DNA of 64,000 bases from IMG/VR virus record IMGVR_UViG_3300032677_000021, one strand, 5' to 3'. The DNA comes from an uncultured virus (IMG/VR IMGVR_UViG_3300032677_000021). Taxonomy: Duplodnaviria; Heunggongvirae; Uroviricota; Caudoviricetes. Within the stretch, counting starts at the first letter, position 1. The number at the start of each line of letters is the position of its first letter. The position numbers and the translations under genes are program-made. Of the stretch, positions 29,297-39,518 are shown one piece after another. The notes under the pieces are model-generated. The model did no database searches and was not told where the DNA came from. It was given only the letters and a program-made list of their open reading frames with translations.

Positions 29297-30516
29297 TGGC
29301 AGTAATGAACTCCACAGGCCCAATTAGTTTAGCTGGTGCTACTGCGGGTCAATCTATTGAAATTGCTGTTTCCAATACCTCTTCAGGAACTATTAGCCTT
29401 AATGACTATAAGGTTAGAAATTTAGCCGGCGTTAGTTCTGGCACAATCGCAATGCCAACAAACTTTTATGGAAAAGCGTATGCGCTGCCATTTAATGGAT
29501 TTGGTTCTGCCACACCGTTTCCTTCCGCTTGGAGCGGATACACATTAAATGGATTGGCAGTTAACTCAAGCGGTACTTATGTAGCGGTTCTTGATAAATT
29601 TAATGTTTCACCTCCAAGCGTATCAACCTCAACAGACGGAGTTACTTGGGGTACTGTAACGGCAATGGGTTCAGCAACATCCGTTATGATTATGGGTGCC
29701 ATAGCACCAACTGCTGCAGGCGGATTTGTTTCGGTTGGCTTTAATTTTTCGTCTAATTTGCCTCTGTTTTCATATTCATCAAACGGGACAACTTGGGCTA
29801 CACCGGCGGTAATGGGCGGTACAACACAAATAAGCAATCCTGTAGCTGTTGTATGTGGTACAACTGGTACAACATGCGTGGCCGTTGGAAACAATATTTC
29901 GTCTTCAACTGGTTTACCAACAGATCCAGTAGTATACTACTCTACAAATTCAGGATCTACTTGGTCGGGACCAACAATTTTAGGAAGCGCTGGTTCTGGA
30001 ATAACAATGACCGGTGTGTCAGTTAATTCTTCAGGTTTATTTGTTGCTGTAGGATACGGCTCTTCATACCAGCCATACTACGCCACATCAACTAATGGAA
30101 CAACTTGGTCAGCTTTCTCAACGATGGGCGGCTCGACTTCAAATTACCGTATTAACGCAATTGCAGTTAATCCATCCGGATTGTTTGTTGCTGTTGGTGT
30201 TAGCAATTATGGCAGCTCACCCAACTACCCAATTTATGCTACTTCTTCAAACGGCACAACTTGGAGCGTTCCAACCACAATAGGAAGTACTACAGGGCTA
30301 GGCCTCGGTAGTATTGCTTGCAATGTCGGCGGAACATTCGTAGCGGCTGGTAATTCTCAAGCCTCTAGTGCAATATATACGTCGTCTATTGACGGGTCAA
30401 CTTGGGTAACACCAACTGCAATTTCAGGTAGTACAAGTAATATTCCGCTGATAGTATCTAATTCTTCCGGAACATTTACCGCAGCTAACTCAACTGCGTT
30501 CTACACATCAAATTAA
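29296..30516 (+). CDS. fibre tip / beta-propeller protein with Asp-box repeats
   Basis: repeated FVAVG...S.NG.TW blades. Confidence 0.7.
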   Translation: MAVMNSTGPISLAGATAGQSIEIAVSNTSSGTISLNDYKVRNLAGVSSGTIAMPTNFYGKAYALPFNGFGSATPFPSAWSGYTLNGLAVNSSGTYVAVLDKFNVSPPSVSTSTDGVTWGTVTAMGSATSVMIMGAIAPTAAGGFVSVGFNFSSNLPLFSYSSNGTTWATPAVMGGTTQISNPVAVVCGTTGTTCVAVGNNISSSTGLPTDPVVYYSTNSGSTWSGPTILGSAGSGITMTGVSVNSSGLFVAVGYGSSYQPYYATSTNGTTWSAFSTMGGSTSNYRINAIAVNPSGLFVAVGVSNYGSSPNYPIYATSSNGTTWSVPTTIGSTTGLGLGSIACNVGGTFVAAGNSQASSAIYTSSIDGSTWVTPTAISGSTSNIPLIVSNSSGTFTAANSTAFYTSN

Positions 30517-30539
30517 TTTTAACCACAAAAGGAACCACC

Positions 30540-30761
30540 ATGTCTTTGTTAGAAACCATCGAAGAGAAATTAGAAGCATTAGAAGCCGAAATCAAAGCTG
30601 AAATTGCTCCTACCGTTGCAGAAGTTGAAACCACTGTAGAAGCAGCTCCAGCAGAAGTTGAAGCTGCTGTAGTAACTGAAATTGCTAAACACCCAAACCC
30701 AATCATTCAGATGGCTATTAACCAGGCTGCTGAGCGCTTAGCAAGAGAGACTGGAAAATAA
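30540..30761 (+). CDS. hypothetical acidic protein
   Basis: AGGA RBS. Confidence 0.6.
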   Translation: MSLLETIEEKLEALEAEIKAEIAPTVAEVETTVEAAPAEVEAAVVTEIAKHPNPIIQMAINQAAERLARETGK

Positions 30762-30762
30762 G

Positions 30763-30999
30763 ATGGATTTGCAGACACTAATCAATACGGTTCTTCCGCT
30801 GATTTGTGTGGCAATTGGCTGGTTCTGTAAAGAGCTTTGGACAGCTGTTCAACTATTACAAGATAATGTGCATGAGCTTCGTGCGCATCTAGCTGAAAAC
30901 TACATGCACAAAGACGACTTTGCTTCCCGCTGGGACGAAGTTCTGAAAGCGGTTCATCGCATCGAAGATAAATTAGACTCATTGCGCGAGCATAAATGA
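30763..30999 (+). CDS. holin/antiholin-like single-TM protein
   Basis: N-terminal TM plus RIEDKLD coiled coil, lysis context. Confidence 0.55.
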   Translation: MDLQTLINTVLPLICVAIGWFCKELWTAVQLLQDNVHELRAHLAENYMHKDDFASRWDEVLKAVHRIEDKLDSLREHK

Positions 31000-31253
31000 T
31001 TCAGAAGGTTTTTAACGATCTAGTAACCGGAGCAGACAACAAGACCAACGACATTGCACGTTGGTCTTGGTTGCTTTCGTTTATTGCGGTTGTTATTGGT
31101 GCTGGGTATGAAATGTTTCATGGTAACATGCCAGTACTAAAAGACTTTGCGGAAGCAGTTGGTATTATCGCTGGCGCACATGGCGCAGCTGTGATGCTTA
31201 AAAAAGACGCAGAACCAAAGGAGCACGAAGATGTGGAAAAACCTACTGAGTAG
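30996..31253 (+). CDS. holin-like two-TM protein
   Basis: two hydrophobic helices, charged C-terminus. Confidence 0.55.
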   Translation: MIQKVFNDLVTGADNKTNDIARWSWLLSFIAVVIGAGYEMFHGNMPVLKDFAEAVGIIAGAHGAAVMLKKDAEPKEHEDVEKPTE

Positions 31254-31728
31254 TATTGCCAGTGTTGGCAGCGCAATTTATATTTATCTTATAGTAGCTG
31301 CCGTTTCTGGTGCGGTAGTGGGGTATTCAGCATATAGCTGGACTTCAGACTACTATATTGCTAAAATAGAAAAATCAAACATTCAAGCAGAACAAAAAGT
31401 AAACGATATACAACGAAAAGGAGACCAAATTGTCGCAACATACATACAACAAATCGGAAAGCTCAGCGACACAAATGTCAGCCTCCAACGCCAAATTTCT
31501 AAAGCTGTACGTCCTCTGGACAATAGCTCTTGTAGTATTACTAATGGCTATGTGCGGCTGTACAACGCAAGTGCAACTGGTCAAACCTCAAGCCCCAGCA
31601 GCTCTGATGGTGCCACCACCTCCCTTGACCTTGCTACCGTCCTCAGCGTCGCAGCAGAAAACAACGCAAAATACCTCAAAGTAGCCCAACAGCTAGAAGA
31701 CCTTCAGGCGTACGAAAACGCAAAATAA
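31231..31728 (+). CDS. rz: inner-membrane spanin
   Basis: N-terminal TM, coiled coil, C...GYVRLYN. Confidence 0.75.
   Translation: MWKNLLSSIASVGSAIYIYLIVAAVSGAVVGYSAYSWTSDYYIAKIEKSNIQAEQKVNDIQRKGDQIVATYIQQIGKLSDTNVSLQRQISKAVRPLDNSSCSITNGYVRLYNASATGQTSSPSSSDGATTSLDLATVLSVAAENNAKYLKVAQQLEDLQAYENAK
31475..31684 (+). CDS. rz1: outer-membrane spanin lipoprotein embedded in rz
   Basis: +1 frame, signal peptide, lipobox AMCGC, Pro-rich PAALMVPPPPL. Confidence 0.7.
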   Translation: MSASNAKFLKLYVLWTIALVVLLMAMCGCTTQVQLVKPQAPAALMVPPPPLTLLPSSASQQKTTQNTSK

Positions 31729-31739
31729 ATCCCCAAAGT

Positions 31740-31749
31740 GCGTATTAGT
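31740..31749 (+). promoter_or_regulatory. phage promoter core GCGTATTAGT before the endolysin
   Basis: exact core, lacking both the GGGC box and the TT extension. Confidence 0.7.
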
Positions 31750-31774
31750 AGTGCTACGCAAAAAAGGAGTTAGT

Positions 31775-32296
31775 ATGAACAAAAGGCTATTTTTAGCTAT
31801 TTGGTTGTGCACCCTCATCTGGGTGCTACAGAGCTTTCAATTTATTAAAACAGTAGAAAAAGACATCGTGGCAATTACAGAATCAACTTTTGAGTTAATT
31901 TCTGGCTTTGAGGGCAAGCGCCATAAAGCCTATAAAGACTCACGCGGATTGTGGACCATTGGCGTTGGGCATCTTATTAAGCCAACAGAGCAGTGGATGC
32001 TCCACACGGTATTAACAGACCAGCAAGTAGAAGACCTGTTTAAAGACGATTTAAAGTGGTGTGACGAGGCCGTAGCGACTTCAGTAAGGGTACCCCTTAA
32101 CCAGAACCAAATGGACGCCTTATACAGCCTCTGCTTCAATATTGGAGCGGATCACTTTAAGCAGTCTGAGGTAGTGCTGCACCTTAATAATAATGACTAC
32201 AATCGGGCTGCAAACGCCTTTATGAATTGGGTCACACCACCAGTATTAAAACCCCGCCGAGAAAAGGAACGGGAGCTATTTTTAAGGGCGATTTAG
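31775..32296 (+). CDS. GH24 lysozyme endolysin with hydrophobic N-terminus (SAR/signal-like)
   Basis: FEG....Y.D..G.WTIGVGH catalytic triad, NQMDAL.SL.FNIG, RREKE. Confidence 0.9.
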   Translation: MNKRLFLAIWLCTLIWVLQSFQFIKTVEKDIVAITESTFELISGFEGKRHKAYKDSRGLWTIGVGHLIKPTEQWMLHTVLTDQQVEDLFKDDLKWCDEAVATSVRVPLNQNQMDALYSLCFNIGADHFKQSEVVLHLNNNDYNRAANAFMNWVTPPVLKPRREKERELFLRAI

Positions 32297-32315
32297 TCCT
32301 TTTTAGCGTATTAGT
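32286..32315 (+). promoter_or_regulatory. phage late-class promoter GGGC-N16-GCGTATTAGT
   Basis: exact bipartite motif. Confidence 0.85.
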
Positions 32316-32361
32316 AGATATAAGGGCTGATCACCCGTTAACCAACAACCTCGAGGACATA

Positions 32362-33168
32362 ATGGACGATTTCAAAAAACTACCTAAGATGCAGCACTTT
32401 AAAGAAGGTGGATCTGTACAACGCGAAGTAAAGAATTTTACAAAACGCGACCGTAAAACTGTTGATGAAGCTGATACGGCACAAGACAAGAAAATTGTTA
32501 AAAAAGCCATTGGCATGCATGACGTGCAACAGCACGAAGAAAAGACGGATTTGTCTGGACTTAAAAAAGGTGGACGTGCTAAAAAAGAAAAAGGCACTGT
32601 TAAGAAGTTTTGTGGCGGCGGTAACGCCTACAAAGAAGGTGGTTCTGTAACCAACGTTTACGAAGCCAAGAAATCTGCTGGTGACAAAGACAATATTAAA
32701 AAAGTAAAAGACATCAAGCCTGGTAAAGCCGACGCTCCTAATGCAGCAACCAAGCGCCCAGCAATGAAAGGCAGCGACGTAGCTAAAGAGAAAAGCAAAC
32801 CAGCTGGTGATGTTGATGGCTTAAAGAAAAGCAAAGAATCTGGTAAATCAGCTTCTGCGACTTCTGGTGCCAAAGGCGGCCCAAACAAGTACAAAACTGG
32901 CGGCGAAGTTAAGAAGATGGCAGTTGGTGGCTCTACATTACAGGATTTAATGGCGGCCAAAGAGCTTGCTCGTTTATCTAATGCTCGTAAATATTTAAAC
33001 AAAGGCCAACAAGGCCAATTTGCTGCTGATGAGATGCAACAGACCCCGGCAATGACTGGTATGGGTCAGCAAGCTCCTGCTCCAGCACCACAAGCTGCTC
33101 CAGTTGGCCCAACAAGCCCAATGATCCCTGCTCAAAAACGCGGTGGTAAAGCTGGGAAATACATGTAA
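32362..33168 (+). CDS. Lys-rich low-complexity protein with repeated xxxGG motifs
   Basis: GAGGA RBS at this start; FKEGG, YKEGG, YKTGG, MAVGG. Confidence 0.7.
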   Translation: MDDFKKLPKMQHFKEGGSVQREVKNFTKRDRKTVDEADTAQDKKIVKKAIGMHDVQQHEEKTDLSGLKKGGRAKKEKGTVKKFCGGGNAYKEGGSVTNVYEAKKSAGDKDNIKKVKDIKPGKADAPNAATKRPAMKGSDVAKEKSKPAGDVDGLKKSKESGKSASATSGAKGGPNKYKTGGEVKKMAVGGSTLQDLMAAKELARLSNARKYLNKGQQGQFAADEMQQTPAMTGMGQQAPAPAPQAAPVGPTSPMIPAQKRGGKAGKYM

Positions 33169-33335
33169 TGCCTATTAAGTCAAAAGCTCAACAAGGCGCT
33201 ATGTACGCCGCAGCTGCTGGCAAATCAACCCTTGGCATCCCCAAAAAGGTTGCCAAGGAGTTTATCAAAGCTGGTCCAGCCAGCAACAAACTACCCAATA
33301 AAGTAACTAAGCGAGCCGCCGGCCGCGGAAGGTAA
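33168..33335 (+). CDS. small basic protein (55 aa, not in ORF track)
   Basis: TAATG coupling; [27 protein letters not shown]. Confidence 0.7.
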   Translation: MPIKSKAQQGAMYAAAAGKSTLGIPKKVAKEFIKAGPASNKLPNKVTKRAAGRGR

Positions 33336-33337
33336 AA

Positions 33338-33688
33338 ATGACATTCAAACAAAACACCAAAATGAAAGCTGAGGGCAATCATTATGAAGCTGGTGGTAAA
33401 GTTAAAAAAATGGCTGGTGGGGGGCATGCGCTTCCTGATACATCGGGTAATGCTGCAAGAGACTCATCAAAAACATCAGATGATTACGCATTTACACAAT
33501 TAGCTACAAAAGCCAATAACCCAATTGGTGGGTACGCCCGAGATAAATCTATTGAATCTGATTGGGGCAATAAAAAATTAGGTGTAAGCGATATTGTAGA
33601 GCGCGCTAATAAAGCTAAAACAGATGCTGAATCCTGGGATGATGCTCCAAAGAAAAAACGTGGTGGTTCTGTAAGAAGAAAGAAGTAA
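33338..33688 (+). CDS. basic protein with xxxGG motifs
   Basis: YEAGG, MAGGG, KRGG. Confidence 0.6.
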   Translation: MTFKQNTKMKAEGNHYEAGGKVKKMAGGGHALPDTSGNAARDSSKTSDDYAFTQLATKANNPIGGYARDKSIESDWGNKKLGVSDIVERANKAKTDAESWDDAPKKKRGGSVRRKK

Positions 33689-33691
33689 TCC

Positions 33692-34762
33692 ATGGCTTAT
33701 AGCAACACCACTGGCCAAACAACAATCAATGTTGACCAGTTAATTTCCTATGCATTTCGTGATGCTGGTAAGACAGCAGAAGAGATGACGCCTGAGTATG
33801 TTGGTGCTGCTAAGCAAGCGCTGTTTTACAACCTACAAAACCTATCTAACCTGGGCGTTAATCTTTGGCTGTTAGAAAACCAGCTGTATGGTGCTCTTAC
33901 GCAGCAGCAACAGTTAGTCCTGCCAAAGACTACTATTGACGTGCGTGAAGCAAACTGGGTATACATTCAGAACATTCAAGCGTCCGAATACCTTCCTGCA
34001 GACAATCCAGAGTCTCCAGCGGCGTTTGATTTAAGCCCAACCCTCTCTACCCCAGCTTCTACTTTAGGATACGAGAACTATTTTGGCTCTACGTATCAGC
34101 AATCACAGAGCGTGTACTATGTTGGTTGGAACTGCTACGCACCAAACTCAACACAAACATATAACCTAGCGTTTGAATACAGTGATGACGGCATTAACTG
34201 GTTCTTAAAAGAACAGTTCCCAGAAATCACAATGACAGACTATCAGTGGCAATACTACAACATCTCTACCACTGAGCCACATCTTTACTGGCGCTTGCGT
34301 GAGACCGTAGCGTCTCACTATTCAGTACGCCAAGTTGTGTTTTCAACTAGCCAACAAGTTATTCCGCTCGCACGTCTAAATCGTGACGATTACTGGAATC
34401 TTCCAAACAAACAATTCCCATCTGTACGTTCTTTGCAATACTGGTTCGACCGCACAATTGAACCTTCAATGTATCTGTGGCCAGTACCAAACAACCCGTA
34501 CCAAATGTTCCAGTTAATTGTTGAGAAGCAAATGGAAGACGTTGGTTCGTTGACAAATCAAATCTACGTACCAGATCGTTGGATTGCTTCCGTACAAGCT
34601 AGCCTATCACACAAATTGGCGCTGCAACTCCCTAGCGTTGACATGGCCCGCATTCAGTATTTAGAACAACAGGCCGATAAGTTGTTCATGCAAGCATCTA
34701 ACGAAGAGCGTGATAAGTCACCAATCTATTTCCAACCTAACATAAGTTACTACACACGATGA
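33692..34762 (+). CDS. head-tail connector-type virion protein
   Basis: GVNLW, LPNK...P...QYWFDR, LWPVP; central discoidin-like insert. Confidence 0.6.
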   Translation: MAYSNTTGQTTINVDQLISYAFRDAGKTAEEMTPEYVGAAKQALFYNLQNLSNLGVNLWLLENQLYGALTQQQQLVLPKTTIDVREANWVYIQNIQASEYLPADNPESPAAFDLSPTLSTPASTLGYENYFGSTYQQSQSVYYVGWNCYAPNSTQTYNLAFEYSDDGINWFLKEQFPEITMTDYQWQYYNISTTEPHLYWRLRETVASHYSVRQVVFSTSQQVIPLARLNRDDYWNLPNKQFPSVRSLQYWFDRTIEPSMYLWPVPNNPYQMFQLIVEKQMEDVGSLTNQIYVPDRWIASVQASLSHKLALQLPSVDMARIQYLEQQADKLFMQASNEERDKSPIYFQPNISYYTR

Positions 34763-35373
34763 GCGTAATAATGACATACGACTCGCTGGTGTTGAATATC
34801 CAGCAATACATGGAGCGTGATGACGCAGACTTTATTGCGCAGATTCCTAATTTAATTGCGTTGGCAGAGTCTTCAATCGCTGCTGAGTTAAAAACCTACA
34901 TGCAGCTTATTGTGGTAGAAACCAATTTGACATCTAATGTGGCGGTGCTGAACAAGCCTGCTCGTTGGCGTAAAACAGTTTCTATGAAAATCAATGGGCA
35001 ACCAGTGTTGTTGCGCAGCCAGGACTACATAGCTCAGTATCAATCTGAGTCTTCAACAGGTCAGCCAATATACTACGCCGACTATGACTACAACAACTGG
35101 AATTTTGCCCCCGTACCAGACCAAAGCTATCCAGCAGAAATTATTTACTACGCCGAAATCCAGCCTTTGGACGAGTCTAATCAACAAAACCTATGGACAG
35201 CTATTGCACCACAGGCAATGCTTTACGGTGCTTTATTACAAGCACAAGGCTATTTAAAAGCGTTAGATAAGCTAGATATGTGGAAAAAATACTACACTGA
35301 CGCAATTGCAGCGCTTAAGAAAGAAGACAATTCACGTCGTGTGGATCGCAACACTTCGGTTCAGGAACCATAA
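34759..35373 (+). CDS. head-to-tail adaptor protein
   Basis: IP.LI.LAE, G.P.YYA, APVPD..Y, LYGAL. Confidence 0.65.
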   Translation: MSVIMTYDSLVLNIQQYMERDDADFIAQIPNLIALAESSIAAELKTYMQLIVVETNLTSNVAVLNKPARWRKTVSMKINGQPVLLRSQDYIAQYQSESSTGQPIYYADYDYNNWNFAPVPDQSYPAEIIYYAEIQPLDESNQQNLWTAIAPQAMLYGALLQAQGYLKALDKLDMWKKYYTDAIAALKKEDNSRRVDRNTSVQEP

Positions 35374-35376
35374 TAA

Positions 35377-36660
35377 ATGAGTACACCAGTTTATACCTCT
35401 CCCTTTACAGGCACCGTTGTCACACCAACAGACGTCTCTTATTCAGCGATAACATTAAGCGCTAATACTCCGCTATTTTGGCCGTCGACAGTTAACCAAA
35501 CCATTGGTGAAACTCCTGCTACCCGTATCATTGACGTTATGCCAACTGGCTCGGGCTTTTCTATTGCCCTTCCAGAGGGTTCCCAAGGCACTGTTGGTGC
35601 CGACATCTTGTTTCGTAACCTGGGTTCTTACTCGTTTTTAGTAACTGATTATTTAGGCGCAAATGGCGTAACAATTGCAACAGGTATTTCACAGTATTAC
35701 TACTTAACAAATAACAGCACTACCGCTGGAACTTGGCACAATTTAACCTTTGGTGCTGGCACGTCAACAGCCAACGCAACATCGCTTATTGGCCCAAGTC
35801 CATTAGGCTTAACTACTGTTAACGGGTACTTAGCAACAACTCAAAACATTATTGATGTGTCTGTTGTACCAACCATAACAGATGCAAGCCGTGCTGCAAC
35901 ATATAACTGGACTGGTGGTAACGCAACAATTAACCTACCAAATATTTCTAGCCTTTCAAGGGGTTGGTTTATTGCGTTTAGAAACAGCGGAACTGGTGCG
36001 TTAATTTTCTCTCCAGTGTCTCCGCAGGTAATTAACGGCGCAAGCACAATCACTACCAATCCCGGTGATTCTGGCTTTATATTCTTTGACATTAGTACAG
36101 GATCGTTTATTACTGTTGGCTGGGTTACGCCAAACAATGTGGTGTTTACATCTGCAACATACGACGTTGACGCTATCGTTGGTAATACACTAAACCTTAC
36201 AGCTAATGCACCAATCATTCAAACCTATGTAGCGCAATCTGGCACAAGAGCCGCTAACTTAGCCGTTACTCTGCCTGCCATTACTCAGCTGTACGTATTT
36301 GTAAACAATACCAATCAGTCTGGCTACGACATTACTTTCCAAAACGCTGGAAGCAGTCAAGCTCCTTTGGCCTTAGCAACTGGCAATACTTATACGCTGC
36401 TCAGTGACGGTGAGTTTTTATACATTCTTAACTCTTCGTCTTCTGCTACGTTTAAAGCAGTTAACGGTAACGCAGGTGCTCCATCGTATGCTTTCCTAAA
36501 CGACAACGCTACTGGCATGTACTTGGCTGGTACCAGTATTTTAGGCTTAGCAGCAAACGGCACTGAAATTATTGACATTAACGCAACCAACTTAAGTGCA
36601 CCGATAGTTACTGTTAATGCACAACTAAACGCAAAATTAATTAGTGGTGGAACGTTCTAA
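35377..36660 (+). CDS. tail structural protein
   Basis: Thr/Ser-rich beta repeats, APSYAF.ND.TGMY. Confidence 0.6.
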   Translation: MSTPVYTSPFTGTVVTPTDVSYSAITLSANTPLFWPSTVNQTIGETPATRIIDVMPTGSGFSIALPEGSQGTVGADILFRNLGSYSFLVTDYLGANGVTIATGISQYYYLTNNSTTAGTWHNLTFGAGTSTANATSLIGPSPLGLTTVNGYLATTQNIIDVSVVPTITDASRAATYNWTGGNATINLPNISSLSRGWFIAFRNSGTGALIFSPVSPQVINGASTITTNPGDSGFIFFDISTGSFITVGWVTPNNVVFTSATYDVDAIVGNTLNLTANAPIIQTYVAQSGTRAANLAVTLPAITQLYVFVNNTNQSGYDITFQNAGSSQAPLALATGNTYTLLSDGEFLYILNSSSSATFKAVNGNAGAPSYAFLNDNATGMYLAGTSILGLAANGTEIIDINATNLSAPIVTVNAQLNAKLISGGTF

Positions 36661-38829
36661 ATGGCGGCTGATAATCAGCAACAAGACAATTCGCAATATA
36701 CATCAATCTACAGCCTAGCAATACCGGCTGGGATTAAACGCGACGGTACTCAGTTCCAAAACGATCAATACACCGACGGTGTGTGGTGCCGTTTTCAGCG
36801 TGGTGATCCTAAAAAGATTGGCGGCTATCGCACATTGTTTACCAGTAACATTGGTATTTATCGTGGCTTGGTGTCACAGCCATATAACGGCGTAAACTAC
36901 ATTTTTGCAGGCACTTACCAAGAGTTAGACGTGTTTACTTGCGGCATTAACTACGGCGTAGGTTCTGGCCCCTTTACAGCAAATATTTTACCCGGTACTG
37001 TGCAGTTTACTGTGCACTCAGTACCCACCACCACAACCTTTACCGTCCCTGGTAACGTGGTGTCATCTTTCCCTAGCGGAACAAACGTAATATTTAATCA
37101 AACAACTCCGGTTAATTATGTGACAACTGGTACACCAACTTATGCAGCGTCGTACACAACTGTCACGGTAACAACTGCAATTAGTGGTACTCCTACAAGC
37201 GTTTGGTTAAACAACACCCCAGTATTTACAGAAGACCCACAAAGCGGTCCGTACCGTATTACTTGGCAGTTTGACGCTCAGTTTAGCCCAGCGGGTGGTG
37301 CGTTGTCTTTATTTGCCCATCCGGGATACAACTTAATTGACATTGATAACGGAGTGCCATCGCAGGTTTTAGTTGGTAACGTTCAGCCTAGCACAGGCAA
37401 TACTTGGACTTTTACAGGGCTATCAGATTCTCAAGGCCAAAACCCAACGTACACACCTATTAGCGTAGACGGCGGCGTATGCGTTTTGTACCCATTTATT
37501 TTTGTGTACGGCTCTCATGGCTTTATTGCAAACAACAACGTAAGCAGCACCTATACACAACAAAACTTTTACGACTGGAACGGTCCTTTAGCCAACCAAA
37601 ACAACGTGTCGTCTTCTAAAATTGTTAAGGGCATGCCAATGCGTGGTGGTACTAACTCACCAGCTGGCTTGTTTTGGGCGACAGACTCATTGATTCGGGT
37701 TTCATTTAACTCGTCGGCTTCTGCTACAACGACTACAAACCAGTTTTGGAACTACGATATTATTTCTAGCCAAATCTCAATCATGTCATCCAACGCTATT
37801 GTAGAGATGGATGGCGTGTATTGGTGGATGGGTGTTGATCGTTTCTATGCTTATAACGGTAGCGTACAAGTGCTTGCTAACGATAAGAACGTAAACTACT
37901 TGTTCGACAACATCAACTACACACAACGCCAAAAAGTATGGGCCACTAAGGTACCACGCTACAATGAGATTTGGTTCTTTTATCCTCGCGGTACAGCGAC
38001 AGAATGCACCGACGCTGTTATTTACAACGTAAAAGATAAGCTATGGTATGACGTTGGTCAAGCAGTTGGAGCACAACGCTCTTGTGGATATACCACAGAG
38101 ATTTTCCCAACACCTATTTGGGCTGACTGGAATTATACCCCAACATTTAGCCGCGCTTACACTGTAATTACCCATCCAGCAAGTTTACCAGCGCCTACAG
38201 CAAACCAGATGTACTTCTCTGGTGACGTTAGCTCTGTCTTTACACCTGGTACTATCTTTACATTTGACAAAACTGCAGACTATAACTCAACGTACCAAGT
38301 CACTTCTGCGGTGTTTACGTACAATACCACGATCGGCACACCGGGCGTTACTTTAGTTTCGTTTGACGAAGAAAGCCCCATTACAGTGGCTCCGGGCTCT
38401 TTGGTTTACCAACAAGTTGGTGGCTTCACTATTTGGCAGCATGAGTATGGCCAAAACCAAGTGAACTTAAACACAGAAACCGCGGTGTATTCTAGCATCA
38501 CAACCAGCGACATTAGTTGGTTAACTGGTAATCCAAGTCAGGATGCTTTAGTCGGCATTAACCGCCGCATGCACTTACGTCGTGTAGAGCCAAACTTCTT
38601 GCAAACCGGACCAATGTCTATGACTATATTGGGTCGTAAGTTTGCTAATGGAACCGATGCAGACATGGAAGTGTACGGGCCGTACTATTTTGATCCAGAT
38701 ACTGACAAGATTGACCTACGTGTTGAAGCACGTTTAATCCGCTTAAAGTTTGAATCTAACACCATTGACGGTAACTTTGAAATGGGTCGTTTAATGATTA
38801 CCGCAGAGTACGGCGACGAGCGTCCATGA
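36661..38829 (+). CDS. tail nozzle / stabilisation protein
   Basis: D..W.RF..G.PKKIGG N-terminus, YWWMG...FYAYNG.V, EIWFFYP. Confidence 0.7.
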   Translation: MAADNQQQDNSQYTSIYSLAIPAGIKRDGTQFQNDQYTDGVWCRFQRGDPKKIGGYRTLFTSNIGIYRGLVSQPYNGVNYIFAGTYQELDVFTCGINYGVGSGPFTANILPGTVQFTVHSVPTTTTFTVPGNVVSSFPSGTNVIFNQTTPVNYVTTGTPTYAASYTTVTVTTAISGTPTSVWLNNTPVFTEDPQSGPYRITWQFDAQFSPAGGALSLFAHPGYNLIDIDNGVPSQVLVGNVQPSTGNTWTFTGLSDSQGQNPTYTPISVDGGVCVLYPFIFVYGSHGFIANNNVSSTYTQQNFYDWNGPLANQNNVSSSKIVKGMPMRGGTNSPAGLFWATDSLIRVSFNSSASATTTTNQFWNYDIISSQISIMSSNAIVEMDGVYWWMGVDRFYAYNGSVQVLANDKNVNYLFDNINYTQRQKVWATKVPRYNEIWFFYPRGTATECTDAVIYNVKDKLWYDVGQAVGAQRSCGYTTEIFPTPIWADWNYTPTFSRAYTVITHPASLPAPTANQMYFSGDVSSVFTPGTIFTFDKTADYNSTYQVTSAVFTYNTTIGTPGVTLVSFDEESPITVAPGSLVYQQVGGFTIWQHEYGQNQVNLNTETAVYSSITTSDISWLTGNPSQDALVGINRRMHLRRVEPNFLQTGPMSMTILGRKFANGTDADMEVYGPYYFDPDTDKIDLRVEARLIRLKFESNTIDGNFEMGRLMITAEYGDERP

Positions 38830-39095
38830 CAATTTATGTCAATAAGAATAACCAGCAGTTCTTTCCATTTCTACCAGAGCAATCTAGCTGGGAAGACTGG
38901 AACGGTAACTTTATAATTTACTACGGTCAGCTTAATATCCCGTACAATCCCGAAGAAAATTGGAGGGATACTGCGGATGTAATTGCTAGTACCTTTACGT
39001 TTTCAGCCTTTCCAGTTCCAAGCTCTGAAGGATTTGGTTCTTGGCAAGATTGGGCAAAAGAAGTATCGCTAATAATCAACGGCAAATCCCACTAA
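38826..39095 (+). CDS. hypothetical tail-module protein
   Basis: ATGA coupling. Confidence 0.6.
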   Translation: MTIYVNKNNQQFFPFLPEQSSWEDWNGNFIIYYGQLNIPYNPEENWRDTADVIASTFTFSAFPVPSSEGFGSWQDWAKEVSLIINGKSH

Positions 39096-39099
39096 ACTG

Positions 39100-39129
39100 G
39101 GGCAAAAAGCGCAAAAAATGCGTATTAGT
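39100..39129 (+). promoter_or_regulatory. phage late-class promoter GGGC-N16-GCGTATTAGT
   Basis: exact bipartite motif. Confidence 0.85.
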
Positions 39130-39155
39130 GTATATAGAAGCATACTGGATATAAA

Positions 39156-39518
39156 ATGACCCCATCGCAGATCATAACCCAAGAAGCACAAAGCCAAGGA
39201 GCAAACCCTCAACAGGTTTTGCAGTCTGTGCTTGCTCAGGTGCAAAGTGGTCATACCGTAATGGTTCAAGAAAACAATTCGATTTTGCTAATTACTCGTT
39301 TGGGCGACAAACGTGCTATGTTACACATGTCTACTGTTGACAGCCCAATTACTTTGGCAAAGTCGTTAAAAGGTTTTTTACAAAAACTAAAAGACTCAGA
39401 AGTCGATACGGTTTATGGCGACACCACTAACCAACAACTCTTAGCTTTAATGAAGCGAGTTGGTTGGAAGGTGGAGAAATCTAACCTGCCTAAATTTACT
39501 TGGATGGCTAAAGTATAA
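39156..39518 (+). CDS. hypothetical protein (possible degenerate GNAT fold)
   Basis: lies before the ejection genes; LMKRVGW-type C-terminus. Confidence 0.5.
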   Translation: MTPSQIITQEAQSQGANPQQVLQSVLAQVQSGHTVMVQENNSILLITRLGDKRAMLHMSTVDSPITLAKSLKGFLQKLKDSEVDTVYGDTTNQQLLALMKRVGWKVEKSNLPKFTWMAKV

